Below are positions 1 to 12,270 of a DNA stretch of 64,000 nt, piece by piece. Position 1 is the stretch's first letter. Every line of letters begins with the position of its first letter. Location of the stretch: contig CM052817.1 of the NCBI GenBank assembly GCA_028534125.1, positions 18,726,001 through 18,790,000 of the forward strand, written 5' to 3'. This DNA is from Lama glama (Eukaryota). A program made the position numbers and the translations under genes. The notes under the pieces are model-generated. The model ran no database searches and was not told where the DNA came from. It saw nothing but the letters and a program-made list of their open reading frames with translations.

Positions 1-840
1 AGAGAGCACGTTAGAACCAAAAAGGGTTACTCTCAAGTCTTAACCTAAGTACTGATAAGCACATATATGTGAGGAAACCTGAATCCAGGGAAAGACACAT
101 AGGAAGGACAAGGCAGAATCATCCTTGAAGTTCAGATAGGACCAGGAATAATTCGTGTTCCAGCCAAAGTGGAAAGACCTCCAAAACAAGGGACATTGGT
201 AGAGTTCTCGGAAGGAAATTCAGTTAGTGGGGCGTGCTTTGCCCTTAATTAAGTGCTGTTTTGAAACTGCCTAAGAAAGGTTAAAAACAAGCTTGGAAAT
301 AATGGATCAAATTGTTCCCAAGTAACTTAACTGCACAACAAAATGAAGCCTTAAAATATTTAAAGGAACACACACACACACACACACACAAAACCCAAAA
401 CATAAAATTCTCAATTGCACTCGATAAAATGAGCATGAAAAATAAGAAAATATGACCCATGATGAGAAGAAAAATCAGTTAATAGAAGTAGAACTAGATT
501 TGACACAAGTAATAGAATTAGTAAAAAGGAATGATAAAAAGGCCAATATAAATATATTCCATATTTTCAAGTAACTAGTGGAAAGCATGAACATGATAAG
601 GGGAAAAATGAAAGGTCTAAAAAGATCCAGTTTAAACTGTTAGAGATGAAAAGTAAAATATCTAGGATGAGAAATATATAGGATCAAGAAGAGACTAGAA
701 ACTGCACAACATTAATGAATTTAAAGACCTAGAAACAAAATATATCCAAAATGACAAAAGTCTGAACAATAAAGTAGACAAGAGAATCAGTGAGCTGTGA
801 CAAAATATTAAACAACCTAATATATATGTGCTCTGAGTCC
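1..840 (+). mobile_element. Ancient LINE-1 5'/ORF1-region fragment (L1M4/L1MC/L1ME-like)
   Basis: A-rich sequence resembling decayed L1 ORF1 (e.g. gaatcagtgagctgtgacaaaatattaaacaacctaatatatatgtg near 785-830); no intact ORF. Confidence 0.7.
368..390. repeat. (AC)n microsatellite
   Basis: Uninterrupted AC run of about 11 units. Confidence 0.95.
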
Positions 841-844
841 ACAT

Positions 845-1210
845 AATTGTGAAGTCAGCTGGATGGTAAGGTTGTAAGTCAGCTGAGCGTTGGCTGGTCT
901 AGAATTATTTCAGATGAGATGACCCATTTGTGTTCTATGTGGTCTTTTATTCTCCAGGAGGATAGCCCAGGCTTGCTCAAATGATGAGTGTTCACTAGAG
1001 AGTGAACAGAAGTGTGCAACACCTCTTTACACCCACATTTGGACCAATGCCACTCACTCAGGCTTCATTATTTTTGCCAAAGCAAGTCCAAGGTCAACCT
1101 GGACTGAACGAGATGGAGAAATGGACTGCAGATTTTGATGGCATCACATTCCAGGAGTTGTTGGTACAACGGCAGAAGATCTAGGGCATTTTTAAATAAC
1201 CTATCTGTCA
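845..1210 (-). mobile_element. MLT1-type MaLR LTR fragment (old subfamily)
   Basis: ctccaggaggatagcccaggcttgctc...gccaaagcaagtccaagg matches recalled reverse-strand MLT1 motifs. Confidence 0.7.
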
Positions 1211-2163
1211 TATGTTTTAATAATAATTACCAAAACCATGTTATGTTGAGTGGCACTTTGTGCTCTCAGTGTTAGTCTCTAGCTTCTATTTGGAATGATA
1301 AGTAGATGGTTCAGATAAAAGGAAAAGCCTTGAACTCAGACATATTTTCATTTTCTGAGAGTTTATCCTGTGGATACGTTTCCACTTTTGAGTGGTAAAT
1401 CCCCTTTCCTCATTTTGCCTAATATTTCATACCCCTGTCTACTTAGAGTGTAGCTGTACCCTGGGATACTTTCTAATTTTCATACTATCTAGTTTTGTTT
1501 TGTTTTTTTAACTAAAATGTGTATCTGTCAAACAGCCATGCAGCCAACATTTGATATGGGAATAATTAGAAGGCATTTTAGTTTCTTTCCTAAGCAAAAC
1601 CACTTTGACTATAAAATATTATAGAAATAAATTGTCTGAACAATATGTAACATTCCAGTGTAATGCTGCAGGGAGCTGATAGCTCTTGACTCAAATCTCT
1701 GAATGCCAAAACCCTCTAGGCTTGCTTTGAAAAGCTCCATATAGATAGCTTTCATGCACTGTAGTAAGATAAAATAGAGGAGCCCAAGAGTTTCCTATAA
1801 TTATATAATTTATTCTCTTTATCTAAAAATAAAACCAGTTAGAAAAGGAGTTTGAACATTTGGAAGAAATAACACATTTAAAGACTTAATTGGTTCTTTA
1901 TTAGGACATTATTTTCAGAGAGTTAGTATAATATTTCTTCACTGAATATTCTAAAATAGAAAGAGCTGACAGTCCACAAATGCTGAACAATTTGCCAATG
2001 TGGGAGAATTAGAAAAGAAATATTTTAATTATTATTTGAATATAAATTACTTATTGTTTAACTGTAAAATATTTGGGCTACAAATATGACACTGTGATTC
2101 AATCTAATAGCATATAATGGACTGATGGATCCAGATTCACACTTCCAAGTCCCCGCTGCAGAG

Positions 2164-2650
2164 TGTCATAGACATTCATTTGTTTAGCTACTCATTACCT
2201 TTGAATATTCTCCCTATTTTTGTTACTTGCCCAGTTTTGGAATCACATCTTCGCAAGATGGAAAACAGGAAGCTTACATTGCCAGGCTCCTCAAACTGGG
2301 ATTCACTCATAATGACTTACCATCAGACGGACTAACAAAACAGGTTCAGTGGTGATCACATATGAGAGAATACATCTTCTAACAAATGTGTTGTAAAATA
2401 CGCCTGATTCTTTAAGACAGACAGGTCTGTTGTTTATCTGAAATGCAATTTTAGTTGGTGTCCTGTATTTTTATTTGCTAAGCCTGTCAACCCTATTGCG
2501 TGGGCACTTCTGACTGCTTAGCCTCAGAGTGGTATACAATCTGTCTTGAGACTCAATGAGCTTCTTAAACAACTTTACAAAATTGCTTTTTGGTTAAAAC
2601 TAGCTAGAGTTAATTTCATTACTTACTAAATAAAGTTGTGATGACAAAGA
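2164..2650 (+). mobile_element. ERV-L 5' LTR (LTR33/LTR16-like)
   Basis: Starts TGT. Its 3' end (ttggttaaaactagctagag...gatgaca) resembles LTR33/LTR16 ends. It is followed by ttttggta (PBS-like start) and shares motifs with 4505-4830. Confidence 0.65.
2428..2495. mobile_element. MER53-like DNA transposon terminal fragment inside the LTR
   Basis: gttgtttatctgaaat...tcctgtatttttatttgctaagcctgtcaacccta resembles the MER53 terminus. Confidence 0.7.
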
Positions 2651-4500
2651 CTTTTTGGTATAGTATAGAAAGAGCCTAAAGAGTTACAGAAATAGGAATA
2701 CTTGAGTAAGCCACATGTACGCAACTCACTTATATACTCTCTTCATCAAGACAATAGAAATTACATGACTCAGTGATGGCTAGCATCTTTGAGAAGGGCT
2801 GTAGTTTCTCTCCTTTGTAAAGGTAAGAGTACAGTTGGTAGGTGGTGCCTTGAAATTGACTTTATGATTTTAATGGAGATGATGGACCTTGAGGCTCTGA
2901 AATCTACTTTAGTAATTATACCCACTTGGCCACTAGCCACTAGTGTTAAGTGTTACAAAGTGGGTATAGATATGCAAATAGGTTTCAGAGCCAGGGTGGC
3001 AACCAGAATGACCTAGTCCACAGTGATCTTTGGCTGTCGCTAATTTATCGTTGGTCTCTATCACCAAAAGAAATGGGACATAAGAAAAATAAATTCCCAA
3101 GAAATTTATTTTTCCAAAAAGATCTAACTGGAGTCATTATTGAAGAGTCAAAGAATCTTGATAATTTCTAAAAGGAAGTTTAGAAGAGGCCAGTTTGAAT
3201 AACCTTGAGGAACAAGTATGGAATAATGTTACACTAACATTTAATAAACTTTCCAGCTAGCTTTCTCCAAGGGGACCTATGCCTAGTTCCTAGGGTAATT
3301 GTATTTGTAAAAGAGCCAAGTAAACAAAATATCCAGTGATTGACACTGATTCTGAACTAACGCTGTTTCCAGGTTTAACTGGATAAGACTTTGGTTTATA
3401 GGTTTCTAGAGGTCAAATGGTAGTTGGAGTTTGGCCCAAGTCTCCCTCAAAGTAACTTAATTTGTCTATAAATGTATCTGTGGTTATATCTCAATTTTAA
3501 TATATGGTTAGAAAAAATATAATCAGCAACTCACAGTATCTACATTGGCTATGTATCGGAAGGGATGGGATGGTATAACCAACCAAGTGGAAACTTCTGG
3601 AGTATTTCTTTTCATATCAAAATAGTAAACCAAAATCAAGACTGCACCTCTGATAAAATGTAAAAATTGGTGCCAGCATCAAAAACTTGAAAGGTTCAGT
3701 GTTCATGATTCTGTTTATTTTCAAGCCACTGTAACTCTAGGATCTGCTAGTTTATAGTACCCAAGGATGCAACACAGTTCCATTAAATTGGCAGCTAAAA
3801 CTTCTGCCTGGTTATTTCAGACTTCCTGGCACTGGAATAAAAAGGGATAAAAAGATTATTGTGTTGGCTGGGTAATTAATTTTGATTACTAAAGGGATAT
3901 AGTCTTTTTGTTAACCCAATCTGGGAAGAAAGATTAAAATAAACCCAGAGAATCCTTTGACGTACCTTCAAGTACTGTCATATCTTTGGGAAAAGTTAAT
4001 GGATAGTAACAGCATCAAAATAAATGTAAAATAACTAAGAACTTCCTTAGGAAATTCAGTTTTATGTTACATTTCCAGGTAAACAACATTGGTCAACTGA
4101 GCTACTAGCTGAGAGCAAAAGGAACATGAAATACATATTGGAAAAAGCAGTCTCAGTACCAACTATAGTCTTTTTTAAAAAGTTACTAAAGTATAAATAT
4201 TACAATATTATAATTGGTTTCAAGTGTACAACATAGTAATTTGATATTTTATAGTTACACACCAAAGTTGTAATTATACATATAAAATCATAATTAAAAT
4301 ATTGGCTGTATCCCTTGTGCTCTGCATTCCATCCCTCCATCTGTCTGTTTCAGTTTTCCCTCTCCTTCCCCTTCTATTTATATAGTATCTGTTGGATAGA
4401 GGGTGCATGCTGTTGTTTGGAAATTTAAATAGGGAAGAATTATATATATATTGTGCATATTGACAATGAGTGGCCAGTATTAAGGGCTCTAAGGGATATT
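2651..4500 (+). mobile_element. ERV-L internal region, decayed and internally deleted (gag C-term, protease, pol N-term, dUTPase)
   Basis: Collinear peptides: AVVSLLCKGKSTVG and QSQGGNQNDLVHSDLWLSLI (gag-like), IDTDSELTLFPG at 3339-3374 (cf. LDTGSELTLIPG protease), KWKLLE at 3585 and IKIVNQNQ (pol start), VPLNWQLKLLPGYFRL at 3777-3824 (dUTPase-like); many stops and frameshifts. Confidence 0.85.
4170..4375 (-). mobile_element. LINE-1 3' end fragment inserted in the ERV-L internal region
   Basis: T-run followed by tttcaagtgtacaacatagtaatttgatatt...aaaatattggctgtatcccttgtgct, typical antisense L1 3' UTR. Confidence 0.75.
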
Positions 4501-4504
4501 CATG

Positions 4505-4830
4505 ATGTGCAGGGATAGAACATCTTTATTTGATGTTATGTCTGTCTGTATTTGAAAATAATCCTTATTTTGAACCTTGCCTTGCTAAGCCACAAATCAG
4601 GAAACTTTTTCCCAAGAATCCCACGCAGCTGAGGTGCAGGGTGGTGATACATGTTCTGCTAGTCAGATGTACTTAAATACATCTGATACTTAAATCTTAA
4701 ATGATTTGGAAGTGAGCAAAATGAAATGATGGTCACATGAGAGGTAATAATTGATCTTTGAAAGATGTGTTGATGGACATGCCTGATTCTTTGTAAAAGG
4801 CAGAGACTGGACTTCTGTGTTCATTCTTAA
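4505..4830 (+). mobile_element. ERV-L 3' LTR (partial)
   Basis: Shares ATGTGTTG (4765-4772 vs 2386-2393) and GCCTGATTCTTT (4781-4792 vs 2402-2413) with the upstream LTR, in the same order and spacing. Confidence 0.65.
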
Positions 4831-5149
4831 GCATTATTGTTACCAAATGAGAATGGTTAAGGAGTGTGTATAGAGAAACCCAGCAGCACTTGGTAACAGA
4901 TCCTGCATCTATAGAACTTTAGAATCTGGAATTTCTAATAATGCAGATTCTATGAATATGTTAGCATCTCCTGTTCAAAGATAGTAATAATATCAACCTC
5001 ATACAGTTGTCATGAGAATTATAAAATTTTAAATTATATCAGCCCATCTAATTCCTGAAACTTAGAAGGAATTTGATAGACCCCTCTTCCCTTTCCCACC
5101 TTTTGCTTTTCCTCTCCTGTTGCCAACATTCTTTTTCAAAATCTTGTTA

Positions 5150-5650
5150 GCTCTTTCCTAGACTGTTGCAGCAGGCTTTAATTTTTTTTTTTCTGTTTTG
5201 GTTTCTTTTCATTATTCAAACTATCATGTCTACTGCTGAAAAAAATAATCAGGTTAAAGTGTAATTGTTATCATATTTCTCCTGTTCAGTGTTTCCCCAT
5301 TGTCTCATAAATAGTAGTCAAACTTTTCTCTTTATAATTTAATAATTTCCAAAATATGGTTGCACTTCAAATTTCCAGATATTTCTCTCAGTACTTCCTT
5401 ATACACGCATGAAACTTAAATTTATCTCTAGTCCCTATGATTTGTTGAATAAGCCTCTAAATTTCTGAATTGTGTGCCTTTTCTTACCTTCGTACTTTCC
5501 CAGTGCTCTTCAGATTTGTCTGTGATAGATTCCACCCATTGTCAAAGGCAAACCTTCAAAAAGCCTGTCTTAAATATCCAAACTCAATGATTTCTTATTC
5601 TGTCTTAGTCTTGTATTATGGGCATTTCTGTTTTTGATCATCATATCCAT
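5150..5650 (+). mobile_element. L2 LINE fragment
   Basis: cctagactgttgcagcaggct...tttccccattgtc...gtcaaactt pattern, highly decayed. Confidence 0.5.
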
Positions 5651-6274
5651 TATCTTTCTATTCTACCTTTGCTTTTCATATACAATTTGATATTGCATTC
5701 TTTAAAATTTTTGACTTTCAGAATTAGAAAAGATTTTGAACTCATCTAATCCTATTCGAAAGTAAACAGTCATTTCAAATATTGCATATAGACAGAATGC
5801 AGAGCTGTTATGTGATCTGAGTATGAAGCCAACTTTTGGATTATTCCAAAAATCATGCCTGTATAAATTCAGTTGAAAATCAACACTCATTTTAATATAT
5901 ATAACATTAGCATCACATTTAGGTCCTGTGTTAATTGTACAATTAAAACTAAAAATATATATATATACACACATATATATAAAATCCATCACTTTACTGG
6001 GTACTCAAATCATGATATTGATCCCAAGTGGAGAAATGCAAATTTTCTCTGTTAAATGTTCTTGATAAAAGCATAGGAGGTTCTTGAAACTAGAAAACGC
6101 TTTGCAAATTATTTAGAAGATAATAACTAAAATACATAAACAGATTAAAACCAAAATAAATATAATTTTAGATGAGAGATTAATTATATATACTTTGAAA
6201 ATTCATTAAACTGTACTTTGAAATAAGATGAAATTAAAACCAAATAAATATAATTTTTAAAGGTGTTTGACTTA

Positions 6275-6407
6275 GGGGAGGGTATAGCTCAAGTGGTGGA
6301 ACACATGCTTAGCATGCATGAGGTCCTAGGTTCAAGGCCCAGTATCTCCATTAACAATAAATAAGTAAATAAATCTACCTGCCTCCCCTCCTAAAAATAA
6401 AAATAAA
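6275..6407 (+). mobile_element. Camelid tRNA-derived SINE (Vic-1 type)
   Basis: GGGGAGGGTATAGCTCAAGTGG head with A-box, GGTTCAAGGCC B-box-like motif and A-rich tail. Diverged TSD aaaggtgtttgactt (6259-6273) / aaagatatttaactt (6405-6419). Confidence 0.9.
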
Positions 6408-7389
6408 GATATTTAACTTCTCTCAAAAGGTTAGTTGTGAGATGATCTACTACCTATATCAAGGTACTGAGCAGTATAATGTAAATGGATCCCACGTATT
6501 CATAAAGGTGGTTTGTCTTTGTAAATTTTTCCCATGGTGTTACAGTGACTCTTTGATGTGCTATATTTGCATAACTATTTGAGGAGTTGAGATGAAATAT
6601 AATGGTGTGTTGGCCAGTTAGCATCTTTAATTTAACCTTGAAAGTTAAGTTTATGGCTACCTGAGATGCTTTGGTTTCAGAAGTTTACTGCATTTAGGAC
6701 TCTAAAGCATCCTCTATTTGCAAGGTTGACTCTCTCTGCCTGATCAAAAACAATGAACCCCAGAAAGTCGTATTATTTTTGAGGAGGACAGTAACACAAA
6801 TACTTGCATATGAGTTGGCATCATTTCTGTCCCTGATAAATTCCAAAGGCTCCTGGTTATTAGACCCTTTAGAACTTCCCAGGATCCCATTTCCCAAGCC
6901 AAATTGCAAAGAAAACTCATAAAAATGGAAATTCATAGAAGAAATAACATTGTGCTGCCAATGTTCAATGGGAAAGAATTGCTTGGCCAGCAGTCCAGAC
7001 ACAGGAATGAGCATTTTACAACAGTGTATGTGTACTGTCCCCATTAATTTATATTGAGGACAGCTGGAGGGATTTAAAAAAAAATCCCAGCCACTATAGC
7101 AGAGATACAGGAATCTAAACATTAAGAACATGCTTAAAGGGCTGAATTGACTTTTAAAAGTGTATCTGAAGGACTTTAAATAGGGGCTTATTTAGCTAAT
7201 ATTTTCGAATTTTAATTAAATCAGTGTGTCAGGGTTGAAATCTTCCCCAAGGATCCAAATTGGACACAGATAGCTCATCAAATTGACACTCTCTGATTCT
7301 TTTTCATTAATGAAAGCCTGTATATATGCTTTAACTGTCATCTGATATTCCTTCTGGAAAAGAGCAATTAGGAGGGCAAAGTAGCATAT

Positions 7390-7590
7390 TTAGTGCTTAA
7401 AGGTCTGCCATGTAAAAGAGTGTCTTAATATTTCCTGCATGACTCTAGAGAACAGATCCAGGACCAATCAACTGCACTGAGAGGGCAATCATGTTTGGCT
7501 TAATACAGAAGATACCCTTGGAATTTCTCATTTGCTGGAATAAAGTGTCTTTCAAGGTCATAAGCTCCCTGTCAAAGAAATGCTTAGTAT
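7390..7590 (+). mobile_element. CR1/L3 LINE 3' fragment
   Basis: aggaccaat...tttggcttaatacagaaga...ggtcataagctccctgtca resembles the L3 3' end. Confidence 0.5.
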
Positions 7591-8829
7591 GTGTAAAAAT
7601 TTTTATATTTTTGAATCATGTGGAGACACTGTAAAATTATAAGTCAAAATTTCAAAGATTTACTTTATTTTTGGCAGGATTAAGCTAAATAAGTGCAATT
7701 TTAATGGATGCCACAAAACATTCTGATTTCCTAAGCATCAAATATTCTTTTATTTGTAATATTAAGCAGATTAGTTTTAATGCAGTGTCCTTGAATTTAT
7801 ACTGAACAGGGGATAAAACTTTGGATAACATTAAGTTATTTTCATGTGCTAACCCAATTTATAATTAGGACAAGATGGAAACCAATATGCTAAATAAATT
7901 CTTTTTGTATGCTTAATTGGTTGTGGTATTATATGTATTCCCAATTATGATGCTCTCACTTATATACATGTAGAACTTCCAAATTAGTACGATAATTTGT
8001 CATGAAGACTTTTAACAGGAGAGGATGGAGTAAGCTAAAAAGAATAAATTGAATGATAACAAGGCAATTATTAAAGGTTATTTTTTTCCCTTGGACTTCA
8101 GATTTTTTTTTTTCCAATAAGAAGTTATTCCCTTAGAGCTCAATTTCTCCTTTAACTTGGTGATCCTTTGATATGTTAGAACTGGATTCCATTTTTATGT
8201 GACTCTTCATAGAGTTGCATAAGATGAGAGAAGGATACATTTGATTTGTCTGTGAACTGGTTTTCATCAAAGGAGAATGACCGATGCATTTACTAAAAGA
8301 GTCAGAACAAACTTTGATCAGAAGACCAAAGAAATAAGAAAGATTAAGTGTAGACAGACTTGCCTCTGGTGGCAAAATTCTGACGGAAACAGCAGAATTC
8401 TCACACTGTTGTAGATACTTCATCCTGATCAAGTTATTCATTTTTTTGTGTTAAAATTAGTAAAGATAGAAAAATGAAATACTTGATATAGTTAGATATC
8501 TTTTTGTTGAATCAAAGTGGAGTCAAAGGCAGTGATACTGGCCTGTTCATCAGGGAATAAAACTTACGACTAGGAGAAATCAAGTCTCTTTGTGACTTCT
8601 CCATATCTCCATCATTTGAAATCATTTCTAATTTTAAAACAAATTATCAGTGATTCTGTAAAATGTAAAATTTGACTTTGTAATTCCATGGTGACACATT
8701 TCACATAAACAAATGTGGTATTGACTCATTTACACAGGATACAACTTAAGGGAAGACAGAAAAAATATCTTTTTTGGGGTGGCAGAATTGTTACTGATAA
8801 TATTTATTCCTTTATATACTTATGTAGTT

Positions 8830-9078
8830 GCTTAACAAACACTTCTATAGAATATACTGTGACATATTTTTCAGCATGCCTTCACAAAGCTAGTACATCT
8901 AAAACTCTCAACATCCCTATGAGGTTAAGTATTATTTTTATTCCAGTTTTATAATTGTGGAAACAAAGGCATCAGATGGTTAATAACTTGCTCAAAATCG
9001 CAGCTAGTAACTGGCGAAGCTGGGGTTCAAAGACAGGTGGCCTGATTCTAGTTTTACCTCTTGACCACTATGCTGTGC
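8830..9078 (-). mobile_element. MIR SINE
   Basis: Antisense MIR core: ccctatgaggt...ccagtttta...gaaacaaaggc...ggttaataacttgctcaa. Confidence 0.8.
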
Positions 9079-10034
9079 TTTTATGATATTTAAGCATGCA
9101 CTGAAGTTTATTGAAGATCGTTAAAAGTCCAAAATAATGTTTCCTCACCACCATTAGTTACAGAAGTTTCAGACTAATTCACTAATTGAAGTTACCTCTT
9201 CTTGATGCCCTAATGTGTTGCAGCGAAGAGTCAAAAATCATTCATTTCTTTCAGAGGTTAGTGTGGAAAACCATCAAACACATGGGGATAAAAATGCCAA
9301 ACTGTGAGGTGGAAACAAAGATCAGAGTTTGATTTTTAAAAAAATATTCTTTAGAGACTCACTTCCGATGAGCTACCAACTCTTTCCACAGACTCTAGAG
9401 TACTTACAGTGTATATGTTTCTGATTTCGCTATGGATAATACAAAGTAGTAGTTCTTGAAGAGACAGAATTTAGATGCTTGGACAGTTAGATAATAATAC
9501 AAGCAATGGTGCAGTACAGAATGATTTACAAAATGTATGTCTTATTGAATTTTCATGAATTTTCTATTGATCTATGGAATTAAGACCTTATATGCTATAT
9601 CCTGTGATGTGATATTTAGATGTATTTGAGGCATGCCTTATGTTTGCATTAATTTCATCGTGTACGTAAAGAAGAAAGTCAAATTATTGGAATCACTTCA
9701 GGGAAAAGTCATTAATTTTAGAATGTAACTGGAAAGTATGACTGCAGTACACAGATGCTGAAGATGTATCTTTGAGATTAAATTAGCAATATAGATAACC
9801 AGCTTTAGTTACTAAGTTCAGTTTGAGACCCTTATAATGTGCTCATTTTCTGAACTTGCAGTCAATTAAAGAGGAACTATTAGAAATTCATGAAAGTTAA
9901 AAGATTATTTAATGTATAAATAAAAGCTGAGGACAAATACTGACATTTTATTATTTCACTTAATGCATATAGTAAAAGTTTCCCAGTAGATTTTTATCAA
10001 ATAATATGCATTAGTTTCTGTACTTTTTGCACAT

Positions 10035-10436
10035 TTTTCAAGTTTACTAGTGCTGCAATAACAAAACATTACAGACAGATGACTTACACAACTATGTTTA
10101 TGTTTTCAATGTTCTAGAAGCTGGAAGTCTTCAGGTCAAGGTGTTAGCAGCTGTGTTTTCTCCTGAGGCCTCTCCTTCCCTTGCAGATGACCACCTGTGA
10201 TGCTGTGTCCTCACGTGGTCTCTCCTCTGTGTTCGCACATCCGTGGTGTTTCTTTCTGTATCCAAATTTCCTTTTGCTGTCGAGGCACCAGGCAGATTTG
10301 ATTAAAATCCCCATCCCATGACCTCATTTTACCACACCTTAAAGACCTTATCTCCAGCTACAGTCGCATTCCGAGGTACTGAGGGTTAGGCTTCAACATG
10401 TGAATTGAGGGGAAGGGACACAATTAAGCCCATAAT
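10035..10436 (-). mobile_element. MLT1B-like MaLR solo LTR
   Basis: gttctagaagctggaagtc...tcctgaggcctctcctt...ttccgaggtactgagggttagg...gacacaattaagcccataa. Confidence 0.85.
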
Positions 10437-11794
10437 TCAGCTTATTTATACTCAAGTCTGTATTAGACTCTGCTTGTTGATAACACAAATGAGAAAGAGA
10501 CATGAATCAGGGTTTTCAAGATACATATAACATAACAAACACATATTAAGCATGAGTCACGTATCAGTAATGGCTGAGAGGATTTGTAGGACATGTGAGT
10601 GCATTGTGGATTTGAGCGATCATTTCAGCCATGGAGTATAATTGCACGTGGATTTATGGGAAGTTATTTGCCATTTTGTTGCATGACCACAGAAACCTAA
10701 AGAAAATAAAGGAATCCAAATTAAAGCAGAAGAGGTTTTAGATATATATAATGATTTAGGTGACAAAATAAAGAATTACTAGAGAAGTTATGGTATTTTC
10801 ATCTTAGATTTTTAAGACCACAGCAGAAGGCTTTATATGCTTATGAAGTCTACAGATTATCTCTAATAAACACTCTTTTGGACATGCTGAACATTTGATT
10901 ATATGAATATCAGTGTCCACTGGCAGCACTGTATATTTAGGCATTATCAAATCAAAGTTTGATTAATGAAAAGTGTACCTAATATGCTATCTGCATTTCT
11001 TCTGATCCATTCTGTTCTCTGTATTGTTACTAAAATCAATTTTCACTAAACTGCTTGGGAAATTCCAAAGACTCACATTTTCCACGACTGGGGCTAAGCT
11101 TTACCAGGAACTTAGTTGTCTCTGTAAATGTTTCTACTTTATTGTATCTCCCATTAACCCCAAAATCTAATGCCAGCTTCTCTCAAACCAGCAACTTCAC
11201 TGTTCCTGGAACAAATCACATTTCGTTTGCTTTTTGTGTTTCTTTTCTGGCTACTCCTCCCCATTTTAATGGATTCCTTATTGCCTACACTGATTCTACT
11301 CCATTTTATGGTACAGTGCAAACTACATTCTTTTAGAACATTTTCCCTAAATTGCTTTGATATATGGGCATATCGTATAGGTCTCATTTTATAACATATT
11401 ATTTGCTGCACAAATTAACATTTATTTTAAAGTATTTTATATTACTTAACAGTTCATCTTGGATCATCTTTGTATTATTAATAAGACTTTGAAAGCTTAA
11501 AAGATATACTTTAAAATCACACAGACATGAATGTTAATACTATCCCTGTCAATGATGAGTAATTTGGGGATATTCACTTAATGTCTCTGAAGCAGAGTGT
11601 CCTCATAGCTACAATTTAGAGAATGATATCTGCTTCCTATGGTTGAATATATATGATCACACTATGCCTGACATCGTGTACTAGCGTTCATCTCTGTTTT
11701 ATTTCTCCATCTCTTTACCCTCGTCCCCATTCCCAAGATGTTTTTTAACCCACATATAGCAGATACTCTAAGTTTTTTTCTTTGATATCCTGTT

Positions 11795-12270
11795 TGTATC
11801 AGTCAAATGCAGTCTGGAAAATAGTGTAAATATTTCAATCAGAAAGGGATTTAATACAGAAGTATTAAAAATTAAAAGGACCAGAGGAACAAAAATAAAT
11901 AGTAAGAAAAATGATGTCACCCAGTGTATACTAAGAGAAAGAAGCTGTTCTGTCCCCTGGGCGTGCAAGAGAAAATGAGAAAAAGGCAGTGCTATCTGTG
12001 GATCGCTAACCGTAGAAACCATGGTGCTGAAGGTATGGATGAAAGAAAGTGGTATTCCTGGGAAAATAAGAACCCACATTTCTTATGATGATGAAGGAAT
12101 CTAGGAGCCACATCTTCTGATTCTGTTTCCAGATGCAGAAAACTGTATTTTTGTCTTCTTTCTATTTTCCAATTTCACACAGTTTCCTCCAACTGGCAGT
12201 AATTAATCAGAAACCAGCTGGAAGAGTATAAGGTGAAATGTAATTTTTAGGATTTCAGTCTTGTAGGCAT
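11795..12270 (-). mobile_element. Old ERV-L/MaLR-class LTR (subfamily uncertain)
   Basis: tgtatcagtc start and ccaactggcag...aaccagctgg...gaaatgtaattt end motifs. Confidence 0.5.

Noticed and set aside
6275..6350. tRNA gene
   Set aside because: The tRNA-like head continues into a SINE body with an A-rich tail and TSD, so it is a SINE.
8358..8376. Minus-strand CTCF-like motif (GCCACCAGAGGCAA)
   Set aside because: The core is one G short of the consensus spacing.
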